Both the position numbers and the translations under genes were made by a program. From an uncultured Gammaproteobacteria bacterium (GTDB lineage Bacteria > Pseudomonadota > Gammaproteobacteria > SZUA-229), in NCBI GenBank assembly GCA_963807625.1, contig CAWECN010000013.1, positions 2,258 to 66,257 of the forward strand: a stretch of 64,000 nt of DNA. The letters are read 5' to 3'. The notes beneath the pieces were generated by a model. That model worked only from the letters and a program-made list of their open reading frames with translations, was not told the origin of the DNA and did not search any database. Shown here in pieces: positions 35,286 to 44,914 of the stretch (positions are counted from its first letter, which is position 1; every line of letters starts with the position of its first letter).

Positions 35286-36620
35286 ATGAAAAAACCTGAA
35301 CTGCTGTCACCCGCCGGATTGATCAAGAACATGCGCTATGCCTTCGCCTATGGCGCTGATGCAGTATACGCCGGTTTACCGCGTTACAGTTTAAGGGTGC
35401 GCAACAATGATTTTCGCCTGCCCAACCTCGAGGCCGGTATCAACGAAGCACACGAGCTGGGCAAGAAGTTTTTCGTCGCCACAAATATCCTGCCGCATAC
35501 AGCAAAGATCAAAACATTTATGGATGATATGGAACCGATCATTGCGCTTAACCCGGATGCACTGATCATGGCTGACCCCGGGCTGATCATGATGATACGG
35601 GAGAAGTGGCCGGAGACGCCGATCCATCTCTCGGTACAGGCAAACACGCTGAATTCACCCTCCGTTAAATTCTGGCAATCGGTCGGCGTCGAACGGATCA
35701 TCCTGTCACGAGAGCTGTCACTGGAAGAGATCGCACAGATCCGTGATGATTGCCCGGACGTAGAGCTCGAAGTATTCGTTCATGGCTCGTTATGCATCGC
35801 CTACTCCGGGCGCTGCCTGCTCTCAGGTTACTTCAACCACCGCGATCCCAACCAGGGCACCTGTACAAACTCCTGTCGCTGGAACTACAAAGTAAAGAAC
35901 AATGATGCCGATCAATCGATCGAAAACACCGGCGTATGGAAACCGGAATCTGACGACATAGCTTCTCAGCAGTACGTCATCGAAGAAGAAGGCCGCCATG
36001 GCGAATACATGCCGATCGAAGAAGATGAGCATGGCACCTATATCATGAACTCGAGAGATCTACGTGCCGTCGAACATATCCATCGCCTGGTCGATATCGG
36101 CGTCGACTGCCTGAAGATCGAAGGTCGTACCAAGTCCTATTACTATACCGCGAGGGCAACACAGATCTACAGACAGGCCATCGATGATGCTGTCAGCGGT
36201 AAAAAGTTTGACCCGCAGCTGATGAACGAACTGGAGAACCTCGCACACCGCGGTTACACCGACGGTTTCTTCGAACGTCATGCGCCTGAAGAGATGCAGC
36301 GATACCGTGACAGCAGTTCACGCAGTCAGCGGCAGATCTTTGCTGGCGAAGTCATCGACTTTAACTCACAGGACAAACGCATCCTGGTCGACATCAAGAA
36401 CAAGATAAGTGTGGGCGATGAAATGGAACTACTGACCTCATCCGGCAATCACCACTTCACCCTTGCGACGATGCAGGACAAAAAAGGCAACAGCGTCGAT
36501 TGCGCCCCCGGTAGCGGCCACCAGGTATGGGTAGATGTCGACAAGAACATCGACGAAGTCAACCTCGGCCTATTATGCCGCAGCGTACCCGAGGAATTAT
36601 CCCGTATAGATCTGGACTAA
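35286..36620 (+). CDS. Peptidase U32 family protein (YegQ/TrhP-like, Fe-S dependent hydroxylase family)
   Basis: The N-terminus MKKPELLSPAGL...AVYAG matches the U32 family start; the track ORF begins 12 codons earlier. The conserved Cys cluster (CIAYSGRCLLSGY, CTNSC) and the length (445 aa) are as for E. coli YegQ. Confidence 0.85.
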   Translation: MKKPELLSPAGLIKNMRYAFAYGADAVYAGLPRYSLRVRNNDFRLPNLEAGINEAHELGKKFFVATNILPHTAKIKTFMDDMEPIIALNPDALIMADPGLIMMIREKWPETPIHLSVQANTLNSPSVKFWQSVGVERIILSRELSLEEIAQIRDDCPDVELEVFVHGSLCIAYSGRCLLSGYFNHRDPNQGTCTNSCRWNYKVKNNDADQSIENTGVWKPESDDIASQQYVIEEEGRHGEYMPIEEDEHGTYIMNSRDLRAVEHIHRLVDIGVDCLKIEGRTKSYYYTARATQIYRQAIDDAVSGKKFDPQLMNELENLAHRGYTDGFFERHAPEEMQRYRDSSSRSQRQIFAGEVIDFNSQDKRILVDIKNKISVGDEMELLTSSGNHHFTLATMQDKKGNSVDCAPGSGHQVWVDVDKNIDEVNLGLLCRSVPEELSRIDLD

Positions 36621-36773
36621 GAGCCTGTCTAATAATAGTTAGTTTAATTTATCGTTATATTAAGTATTAATGATGTACACCATTAATACTTGAAAAAATT
36701 CTGCGACTTTATGGAAATTGCCGAAACACCGTACCATACTCAATATTCACTGTCTTTTGAGAGGTTTGCATAA

Positions 36774-37475
36774 ATGGTTACGGTAGATGAAGAAGTCATT
36801 CTTGCCAACGCGATACTCGAGGTGCCCGCGGATAATTATGAAGATTTTGAGCAGGAGATCGACCCTGCAAAACTGGGCGAAAAACTGGTACAGACGAACA
36901 CCCTCAAAGGCACTCGCAGACAATATCAGCTATACGGCTCCAACTACCTCTTGCTCGACTTTAAAGAAAAAAAACGAGCACAAGAAAAACAGTTCTGTGT
37001 CAATCTCGCCTGGCTCTCATCCGAGCCTGAACGCAATAAAGTCATCGTCTGGAAGTGGTTATACGCAGCCCTGGGTGCTGCAGCGCTAGCAGCTTTATTC
37101 GTCTACCTCGGAGTCTCGGAAATCGTCGCCCCCGAATATTGCATGATAGTCGGCAGCATTACCGTCGCTGCCACCCTGATCTGCGCATTGATCTTTGTTT
37201 ACCTGATGCGAGATGAATTCATAATCAAAAGCCATTATGGCGATGCCAGGCTGTTTTTGATCGATAATAAAAAACCCTCTCAGCAGGAATTTGACCGCTA
37301 TTTCATCAGCCTGCAACAGGCTATCGATAGAGCACAGACCAATATCACTGTCTCAGACAGGCTGGTCGGCGAGCTCAAGATGTGCCGCCGACTTAGGGAT
37401 GAAGGCATCATCGATGATGAAGCCTATACCATCGCAAGAACCGCTATCTTCAAACACGAACAATATAAATCCTGA
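36774..37475 (+). CDS. Hypothetical membrane protein (233 aa, two adjacent TM helices)
   Basis: Hydrophobic segments WLYAALGAAALAALFVYLGV and MIVGSITVAATLICALIFVYL. No recognised motif. Confidence 0.4.
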   Translation: MVTVDEEVILANAILEVPADNYEDFEQEIDPAKLGEKLVQTNTLKGTRRQYQLYGSNYLLLDFKEKKRAQEKQFCVNLAWLSSEPERNKVIVWKWLYAALGAAALAALFVYLGVSEIVAPEYCMIVGSITVAATLICALIFVYLMRDEFIIKSHYGDARLFLIDNKKPSQQEFDRYFISLQQAIDRAQTNITVSDRLVGELKMCRRLRDEGIIDDEAYTIARTAIFKHEQYKS

Positions 37476-37596
37476 AAACTCGATATTTTTAAACAAGAAG
37501 TTAAAGCGGACGCGGGGTTAGTATTTATCCATATTGAGGGACAGGTCATTACCTGATCTCTCCGTCCCTCTTTATCGATCCATTAAGATCGTTCAC

Positions 37597-38007
37597 TTAC
37601 TGCAGTGTTTGCCCATTTGACTGATTCTGCACCAGCGATGCATGATGCTCGACCATTAACCAGCCGCAATCAAACTTCCGGTATACATTCGTCGCCAGAA
37701 CAACCGCTGCGACCTGGCCTGAGTTGAGCATTTCCTCCGCCACGACATATACCGCCAGCTCATCTGATAGCACACGCCTGATTACTGTGATCTTCATTTC
37801 GGCACTATCGACATTACTGAATATGTTCGCCCAACTGCGGATAATCGCATCATATTCCACGATAACACCCGCCCCGGGATGCACGCAGACCACATCCTCG
37901 TCGGCCCATAAACCAGCCATCACATCCGGATCACAGCGCATGAACGATTCGTAGAAAACGGCCTCAGCTTCGTCAGGAGTCTTAAACTGTAGTTTTGATT
38001 TTTTCAT
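37597..38007 (-). CDS. NTF2-like / SnoaL-like (ketosteroid-isomerase fold) protein
   Basis: 136 aa with a pattern typical of the NTF2-like family (DPDVMAGLWADEDVVCVHPG...). Tentative. Confidence 0.45.
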   Translation of the reverse strand: MKKSKLQFKTPDEAEAVFYESFMRCDPDVMAGLWADEDVVCVHPGAGVIVEYDAIIRSWANIFSNVDSAEMKITVIRRVLSDELAVYVVAEEMLNSGQVAAVVLATNVYRKFDCGWLMVEHHASLVQNQSNGQTLQ

Positions 38008-38089
38008 TACCCGGTTTAGTGTTCAGCCGAAAGCAATCGTTCATAATCTTGCCGGTATCGACCATCAATTCCGTTAATAAAACAATAAG

Positions 38090-38419
38090 TCAAAAATCAA
38101 TTGGCAGGTAAAAGAAGATGAAACGTCCATCTTCGATATCGATTTTTAGAGTAGCTCCATGATAAAGCGCGTAATCGATATAACCGGGAATAGCGCTGTT
38201 AACGTGGCATTCACTGGCATGCTGCGGGGATTCGAAGTCACGATCCCGGTCATACCAGGCCAGTAACATGTTATCACCGACACGTCTTTCAGCTTCCTCG
38301 TTGGCAACCTGCATCGCCTGCAGGTAATCATCTAGCACAGGGTCGGGCGATAACTCGACGATGGTGACACCGGTGTAATCCGGTTCAAGTGGCATATTAC
38401 ATTTAGATTCGATAGTCAT
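38090..38419 (-). CDS. Hypothetical protein (109 aa)
   Basis: ORF only; no recognisable motif. Confidence 0.3.
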   Translation of the reverse strand: MTIESKCNMPLEPDYTGVTIVELSPDPVLDDYLQAMQVANEEAERRVGDNMLLAWYDRDRDFESPQHASECHVNSAIPGYIDYALYHGATLKIDIEDGRFIFFYLPIDF

Positions 38420-38654
38420 GGCTCGATTTAAGGTTCTACTAAGATCAGGGTTATTGATTGTAATGCATATTTATCGACAAAGTGGATAGCTCATAATTAC
38501 CCTTTAATAAGAATACATTAATAACCACCTGAATTATTATAAAAAAATTCTAAATGCTGACTTCATATTTAATGTGAGATATTATTCTGAATCAAGCTAA
38601 TCAGCGACAAGCTTCACCCAGCATCAAACTGTTAAATTCACTAATACAAGGAGT

Positions 38655-40454
38655 ATGAAGATGACCCAGAGAAACAGAAAGTTGAATGCTAATCCAGATG
38701 TACCCGATTTTCGTGACTACATCTACGAACCTGCTTTGATCCAACTGCAACAGACCATTGATCCACCGCAAGACCAGAAGATCCTCGACCAGTTCAGTGA
38801 GGGTGCATGCACCGGATTTTCTCTCGCAGCCTGTATCAACCATCTATATAAGAATGCAGACCAGAACACACAGGTCAGTGCACGCATGCTTTACGAGATG
38901 GCAAAACGAAGTGATGAGTGGCCCGGAGAAGATTACGATGGATCCAGCTTACGTGGTGCCATCCAGGGCTGGAAGAACATGGGCGTATGTAAAGATACCA
39001 TGTGGCAATATAAGACGACCAACCCTGGTGAGCTGACCATCGATCGTGCAAAAGATGCCCGCAACCACACCATCGGCGCCTATTACCGGATAAAACCTGA
39101 AATAACACATTTTCATGCCGCATTAAACGAAGTCGGCATCATCGCAGTATCAGCTTATGTTCATAGAGGCTGGAACAATCCGCGTGATGGAATCATCGAA
39201 TACCACGAAAAGAAAGATGGCGGGCATGCTTTCGCTGTCGTCGGTTATAACGATAAAGGCTTCTGGGTACAGAATTCATGGGGCAATACATGGGGCGAAA
39301 ATGGCCTGGCACTCTGGTCGTATGAAGACTGGAATGCAAACGTTATGGATGCATGGGTCTTTCTACTAGCACTGCCTACTCCACAATTGTTTGGTATGCG
39401 CCCTGCAGTTACAGAGAAGACTCCTGATGCTGGGAAAACCAGTAAACCGACCACAGACAGGAGCAAGATAGCTGGTCACTTCGTACACATCGACGACGGT
39501 CGTTATAAAGAAAGCGGACGTTACTGGAGCTGCGCAAGCGATACAGAACAGACGGCGAAACTTGTAGCCGAGAATGGCAAGTACAAACACCTGCTCATAT
39601 ATGCACATGGCGGCCTCAATTCACCTGCAGATTCCGCAAACCGGATTGCAGCGATGAAAGATGTTTTCAAAGCTAACAAGATCTATCCGTTACATATCAT
39701 GTACGACACCGGCGTGATGGAAGAATTAAAAGACCTGATCTGGCGAAAAGACTTAGAGGCAGAAGACAGAGTCGGTGGTTTTACCGACTGGACCGACCGT
39801 TTCCTTGAAGGCCTGCTGCGCAGACCCGGCACCATGTTATGGAATGAGATGAAACGCGATGCCAATGATGCATTCATGCAAAATGGTGCTGGTACCGATG
39901 CATTAAATCGTTTCCTTAGCCATTTCAAACGAACCGGCGCAAACATCAAGATACACATCGCAGGACACAGTACCGGCGCCATCGTGCTGGCACACCTGTT
40001 AAATGTAATGAAACGCAAAAAACTGACTTTCTCAAGTTGTTCACTGCTCGCACCGGCATGCTCTATCGATCTATATAAATCGAATTATTTCCCCATACTA
40101 CAGAACAAACATGCAGTGAAAATAAATGACATGGCTATTTATAATCTAAAAGACAAGCTGGAACTGGATGACGACGTAGCAAGCGCCTATCGTAAATCAC
40201 TGCTCTACCTGGTCTCTAATGCATTTGAGAACACAAAAGAGAAACCGATTCTAGGCATGGAGAAATTCAAGAACGATATCGTGTTCAGTAGAAAAAAACC
40301 GACCATGATCTATTCAAACGGAATAAATGGCACGACCCGTAGTACTAGTCATGGTGGTTTTGATAATGACACACATACGATGAATCATATCTTGAAGAGA
40401 ATATTGAAAGATAATCCAGCAAGAGCATTTACAGAAAAAGATTTGGACTTTTAG
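38655..40454 (+). CDS. Fusion protein: N-terminal papain-like (C1 family) cysteine peptidase domain plus C-terminal alpha/beta-hydrolase (esterase/lipase-like) domain; cytoplasmic by sequence
   Basis: C1 signatures: Cys in EGACTGFSLAAC, His in DGGHAFAVVGYND, and Asn/Trp in WVQNSWGNTWGENG. C-terminal half: oxyanion-hole-like IYAHGGLNS and nucleophile elbow IHIAGHSTGAIV (GxSxG). There is no signal peptide. It is preceded by a 235-bp AT-rich region. Confidence 0.6.
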   Translation: MKMTQRNRKLNANPDVPDFRDYIYEPALIQLQQTIDPPQDQKILDQFSEGACTGFSLAACINHLYKNADQNTQVSARMLYEMAKRSDEWPGEDYDGSSLRGAIQGWKNMGVCKDTMWQYKTTNPGELTIDRAKDARNHTIGAYYRIKPEITHFHAALNEVGIIAVSAYVHRGWNNPRDGIIEYHEKKDGGHAFAVVGYNDKGFWVQNSWGNTWGENGLALWSYEDWNANVMDAWVFLLALPTPQLFGMRPAVTEKTPDAGKTSKPTTDRSKIAGHFVHIDDGRYKESGRYWSCASDTEQTAKLVAENGKYKHLLIYAHGGLNSPADSANRIAAMKDVFKANKIYPLHIMYDTGVMEELKDLIWRKDLEAEDRVGGFTDWTDRFLEGLLRRPGTMLWNEMKRDANDAFMQNGAGTDALNRFLSHFKRTGANIKIHIAGHSTGAIVLAHLLNVMKRKKLTFSSCSLLAPACSIDLYKSNYFPILQNKHAVKINDMAIYNLKDKLELDDDVASAYRKSLLYLVSNAFENTKEKPILGMEKFKNDIVFSRKKPTMIYSNGINGTTRSTSHGGFDNDTHTMNHILKRILKDNPARAFTEKDLDF

Positions 40455-40473
40455 TACGCGTTAAATAAAAACA

Positions 40474-40522
40474 GGGGCCAGAGTAAAATACTTAACTGAA
40501 ATAGTTTTAACTCTGACCCCAA
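40474..40522. repeat. Imperfect inverted repeat (ggggccagagtaaaa ... ttttaactctgacccc); its right arm is copy 1 of a direct repeat
   Basis: Seen directly. The same 17-18 nt (ttttaactctgaccccaa) recurs at 43905-43922. It lies between convergent gene ends. Confidence 0.6.
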
Positions 40523-40591
40523 AATATCCCTTAACTTGTTCTATTACAAGATGACCAGGGTTAAAGAATTAAAGAGCCGCGCCTGCTTTAA

Positions 40592-40951
40592 TTACTTATA
40601 TTTTTCACTCATGTTTTTGAATTGCTTCATAAGGTCATCGCAAGTCTTTTTAGGTGCTTCGCATTGACTAACAGTCCTGGTTTCCAGTTCACTCTTATCA
40701 CCGGTATAAATTATCTTCTTGAACATAGCGGGAGAAACGTTATCCACTTCCGGAGCCAGGAACCAGTAAACACGGTCTGTGTTTTCCATCTTGGAAACGA
40801 TCGTCCAGCCGTCCTCTTGAGTAATCTTTGCTGAAGAATCTTTTGCCAGCTCTTCAATCGAATGACCGGCACCCGTTTTACTATCTGTTCCATAACAGGC
40901 GGCCAGTAAAAAGAACAGAGCTAGCGTGATAATGAAATGTAAATTTCTCAT
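40592..40951 (-). CDS. Small lipoprotein (119 aa)
   Basis: Lipobox FFLLAACYG after MRNLHFIITLAL. Confidence 0.5.
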   Translation of the reverse strand: MRNLHFIITLALFFLLAACYGTDSKTGAGHSIEELAKDSSAKITQEDGWTIVSKMENTDRVYWFLAPEVDNVSPAMFKKIIYTGDKSELETRTVSQCEAPKKTCDDLMKQFKNMSEKYK

Positions 40952-41004
40952 AATGTTTCTATTAGACCAGCCTGGTTAAAGAGGCCGAGCCCTTTGATTG
41001 TATA

Positions 41005-43764
41005 TTAGAAAGAATTGCTCTCTGACCCGGTTTTTCTCCATTGCAAAAACAGCTTATGGATCTCGATGACGACGGTAACAGACAGCGCCAGTAACAGCAG
41101 ATCTATCCAGTGCTCCAGCGAAACAGGCTGGATGCCAAGCACATCCTTCAGCCATGGTGTATACATCGCGCCGATATGGATCAGCTGCGCGATGATCGTG
41201 CCAAACAGCAGGATGCGGTTACGCATTGGATTATGCCTGAATATTGACCGTGTTTCAGAACGGCAGTTGAACACATGCACATTTTCAAACAGCACCATCA
41301 GCAGCAGGGTGCCGTTTCGCGCCTCATCAACGGTGAACCCCCAGTCGAGCAAGGCCTTGAAAAGCATGAATGCAACGATACCGATCACCAGCGCAGAGCT
41401 GACCACGCGTTCTATCATGATGCGGTTGAAGATGGGTTCTTTGGGGGAGCGCGGTGGATGGGTCAGCTCATCGCCTTCTCCCGGTTCGAAGGCGAGTGCA
41501 ACATCCTGTATACCGTTAGTCACCAGGTTTAACCAGAGCAGCTGAACAGCCATCAGCGGCAACGGCAATCCGGTAAACAATGCCAGGGTAAACAACACCA
41601 GTTCAGCGGCACCGGTCGAAATGAGCAGAAAGATGACCTTGCGCACATTAGCATAGGAGATACGCCCTTCTTCGACACCGGAGACGATGGAATTAAAATT
41701 ATCATCGGTGATGATTATGTCAGCGGTTTCGCGCGCGACATCCGTTCCGCTCTTACCCATAGCAACGCCAACCTGTGCAGCCCTCAAGGCAGGCGCGTCA
41801 TTGGCGCCATCACCGCTGACAGCGACGAAATGCCCGTTACGCTGAAGCGAGCGAACGATATCGAGCTTCTGCGATGGTTCGACACGCGCAAACACATGCG
41901 CACGATGAGTCATCTCATCGATCTCACCCAGATCGGAAGCCGACCTCAATTCCGGACCGGTCACGATATGCTCCTCGCCATCAGCCATGCCCAGCCCCTG
42001 GGCGATGGCCAGCGCAGTCGCCGGGTGGTCACCGGTCACCATCGCCACTTCGATGCCCGCATCACGGCACCGTTGAACAGCCTCTTTCGCTTCCGGCCGC
42101 AACGGGTCGATCATACCCACGAGCCCGAGCATGGTAAGACCGCTCATGTGCTGCTCACAAAAAACATCGCTCTCCGGCGGTGCTTTATCACTGCTTGCAA
42201 CAGCGAGGACACGGTAGCCCTGGCGGGCGAGTTCATTGGCCTGCTTATCAAGCGCCGGAATATCGATAGCCACATCCCCGCCGAGGAACGCCATGGTGTC
42301 ACACATCGGCAATAACTTTTCGAACGCACCCTTGGCAAACACACAGCGCCGATCGCCCGCCTGGTTCAGGCTGGCCGAAAACAGGCGCTCAGATTCAAAA
42401 GGCAGGGTATCGAGTTCGGGGAAGGCGTTGACCGTCTGTGCTTTAACGATACCGGCCTTGTGCGCCATGACCAGCAATGAAACATCGACTGCATCACCAT
42501 GTTGTGTCCACTCGCCGTCATGCCGGCCAAGATAACCATCATTGGTGAGGATGGCAGCAAGGCAAAGCCGCTCCACTAATGCCGTTTCCGCCTCCGATGG
42601 CGAATCATGTGGCGGGATCACCTCACCGACAGGTGCCATACCTTCACCGGTAACATTCCATACATTACCATCCGGAAACTGGATTCGACGTGCCGTGAGC
42701 AGATTGACCGTCAGGGTGCCCGTCTTGTCCGTAGCTATGTAGGTACACGAACCCAGCGACTCCACTGCTACCAGGCGCCGGATGATGACATTGCGTTTTG
42801 CCATGCGCCGCATACCGATGGCAAGTGCGACCGTTAACGCTACCGGCAAACCCTCCGGAATGACAGACACGGCAAGGGCGACGGCAAGCATGAATATCTC
42901 AGCGAAAGGCATGCCGCGGGAAAGTGATATCGCCGCCATCAACAGCGCAGCGATGCCGACGATGATCGCGATCCTCCGCGTAAACCGCTCCATCCGTACC
43001 AGCAGTGGCGGCTTCGCGGATGCACCCTGAATAACCTCAGTAGCGATCGCACCCAGTTCTGTTTCCAATGCAGTTGCAACGACCACACCGCTGCCCCTGC
43101 CGCGGTTCACCATGGTGCCTGCGAACACCATGTTTTTACGGTCACCCAGAAAGGTATTCTCATCGAGCACATCATCGTCTTTCTTCAATACCGCCTGCGA
43201 CTCGCCCGTGAGCAGTGATTCATCGATCTCGAGATCATGGCTGGACAGTAAACGGATATCTGCAGGCACCTTCTCGCCAGACTCCAGCAGCAGGATATCG
43301 CCCGGCACCAGCTGTTCCGCATCGATCTCACAGGTATCACCATCACGCAACACCCGGCTTTGTGTCGATACCAGCTGTTGCAATGCAGTCGCCGCACGCT
43401 GCGCCGAAAACTCCTGCATCGTTCCGATGATCGCATTGATCATCAGCACGCCCGTGATGAATCCCGCATCAGACCATTCCTCGATAACCAGCGCAAAGAT
43501 TGCCGCAGCCACCAGCACGTAGATCAACGGACTGACGAACTGGCACAGAAAAATCATGAATAAAGAAGGCGGTTCCGCACGCGGCAGGCTGTTAGGCCCG
43601 TACTGTTCCAGCCTGGACTGCGCTTCCTGTGAAGAGATACCTTGCCGCGTAGTACGCAACCGCGCAACGATATCGTCGCCATGAATCGCATGCGGAAATT
43701 CGGGCAACGATGGAAGCAGTGAATCTTGCAGCTGGTGATTTACCTTGGTTTCAGAACGGCTCAT
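41005..43764 (-). CDS. P-type cation-transporting ATPase (type II, Ca2+/Mg2+-like)
   Basis: 919 aa. Phosphorylation motif DKTGTLT, TGD motif, hinge GDGANDAPAL, and about 10 TM helices. It has a cation-ATPase N-terminal domain. Confidence 0.9.
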   Translation of the reverse strand: MSRSETKVNHQLQDSLLPSLPEFPHAIHGDDIVARLRTTRQGISSQEAQSRLEQYGPNSLPRAEPPSLFMIFLCQFVSPLIYVLVAAAIFALVIEEWSDAGFITGVLMINAIIGTMQEFSAQRAATALQQLVSTQSRVLRDGDTCEIDAEQLVPGDILLLESGEKVPADIRLLSSHDLEIDESLLTGESQAVLKKDDDVLDENTFLGDRKNMVFAGTMVNRGRGSGVVVATALETELGAIATEVIQGASAKPPLLVRMERFTRRIAIIVGIAALLMAAISLSRGMPFAEIFMLAVALAVSVIPEGLPVALTVALAIGMRRMAKRNVIIRRLVAVESLGSCTYIATDKTGTLTVNLLTARRIQFPDGNVWNVTGEGMAPVGEVIPPHDSPSEAETALVERLCLAAILTNDGYLGRHDGEWTQHGDAVDVSLLVMAHKAGIVKAQTVNAFPELDTLPFESERLFSASLNQAGDRRCVFAKGAFEKLLPMCDTMAFLGGDVAIDIPALDKQANELARQGYRVLAVASSDKAPPESDVFCEQHMSGLTMLGLVGMIDPLRPEAKEAVQRCRDAGIEVAMVTGDHPATALAIAQGLGMADGEEHIVTGPELRSASDLGEIDEMTHRAHVFARVEPSQKLDIVRSLQRNGHFVAVSGDGANDAPALRAAQVGVAMGKSGTDVARETADIIITDDNFNSIVSGVEEGRISYANVRKVIFLLISTGAAELVLFTLALFTGLPLPLMAVQLLWLNLVTNGIQDVALAFEPGEGDELTHPPRSPKEPIFNRIMIERVVSSALVIGIVAFMLFKALLDWGFTVDEARNGTLLLMVLFENVHVFNCRSETRSIFRHNPMRNRILLFGTIIAQLIHIGAMYTPWLKDVLGIQPVSLEHWIDLLLLALSVTVVIEIHKLFLQWRKTGSESNSF

Positions 43765-43902
43765 GTAGAAACTACACTCTCAGGGGTAGACTAATGCGAG
43801 TATTCTACCGGACGATCTACTCCTGATACATACGTTTTACTAATTGTTGCGAAATTAGAAACAGATAAAAGGACAGAGAGAAAGCTCACACATATCGACT
43901 CG

Positions 43903-43923
43903 AGTTTTTACTCTGACCCCAAG
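43903..43923. repeat. Copy 2 of the 18-bp direct repeat (tttttactctgaccccaa)
   Basis: Near-identical to 40505-40522. Together the two copies bracket the lipoprotein gene and the P-type ATPase gene. Confidence 0.6.
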
Positions 43924-43929
43924 TATTCA

Positions 43930-44370
43930 TCAGTGTAGCGGCAGTACCCGGCACTCACATGTGTCCACTTCAAAAGTGTACGTTGGCCAGAAAAGATTGA
44001 GGCTTTTTGCATCCAGCGTGTGTTCACCGGCAGGGACGACGAAGGTAATAACACCAGCAGAACCATCCGTATTACACGAGGGCTCCTCATCAGGGTAGTG
44101 AGAAGTCAGGCTGCCAACAGTCCGTCCGTCGATCTTCACATCGATACCCACCTGTGCCTTTCCAGTGGTCGTGTAGATCGTAACAACCGACGTGTTATCT
44201 GAATTACATGACTGCATCCTGGCTTCGGCAGAATCATCAAACTGGCCCACCATCGACATAGCCCGCTCATCCAGCATATCACTGATATCTTTAGGCTCAA
44301 CAGCCCGTGCCTGGGAAATAGAAAGAAGAGAAACAAGAGCAAACGTGCAGAGACTAATTTCTTTATTCAT
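43930..44370 (-). CDS. Secreted hypothetical protein (about 146 aa) with 6 Cys
   Basis: Signal peptide MNKEISLCTFALVSLLSISQARA from the internal Met; the track ORF start at 44496 is probably over-extended. Confidence 0.45.
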   Translation of the reverse strand: MNKEISLCTFALVSLLSISQARAVEPKDISDMLDERAMSMVGQFDDSAEARMQSCNSDNTSVVTIYTTTGKAQVGIDVKIDGRTVGSLTSHYPDEEPSCNTDGSAGVITFVVPAGEHTLDAKSLNLFWPTYTFEVDTCECRVLPLH

Positions 44371-44914
44371 GACTGTAACCATCACTTGTGAGAAAAAAAT
44401 AGGATGACTTATAACAATTGACACTAAGTTAATAGCAAATAATAGCCAAAAATCGAGTCGAATAGATAAAGCGGAAGATACTTCCTTTTGCATCATGGCA
44501 TAGTAATTGCTTTGCTATGTTTGCGTTTTGATTAGATTTGATTCTTTTAGCCGATCATGGATTGGTCAAAAAACAATCCCTCCGACCCGTTGGCAAAGTT
44601 GGAAGCTGAGGTTGCTCGAAGGGACAGGCTTTAGCGGAACGGCAGTTACAAAACACGTCCTGTGTTTTGCCCTTCGGGCCAGCTATAAGACAGCTGTTCA
44701 AATTCGCTCCGGGCGAATTTAGTCTTGGGTACTCTTTTGGGCTGTAGCAAACAAGTACCACGCCCGTGGATGTGACAAATTTGACTGGATCAAATTTGAA
44801 TGAGCAGAGCGAGCCTGAAAGGTAAAGCACATGGATGTGCCGCATAGAACCCACGACACCCTCTCATAAAAAGAAGAAGCATAGATTGCCGCGTCGCTTT
44901 CGCGACTCGCAATG

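Noticed and set aside
36621-36773. AT-rich 11-bp inverted repeat aagtattaatg/cattaatactt
   Set aside because: A weak AT-only stem without a following T-run. It may be a protein-binding site but evidence is insufficient.
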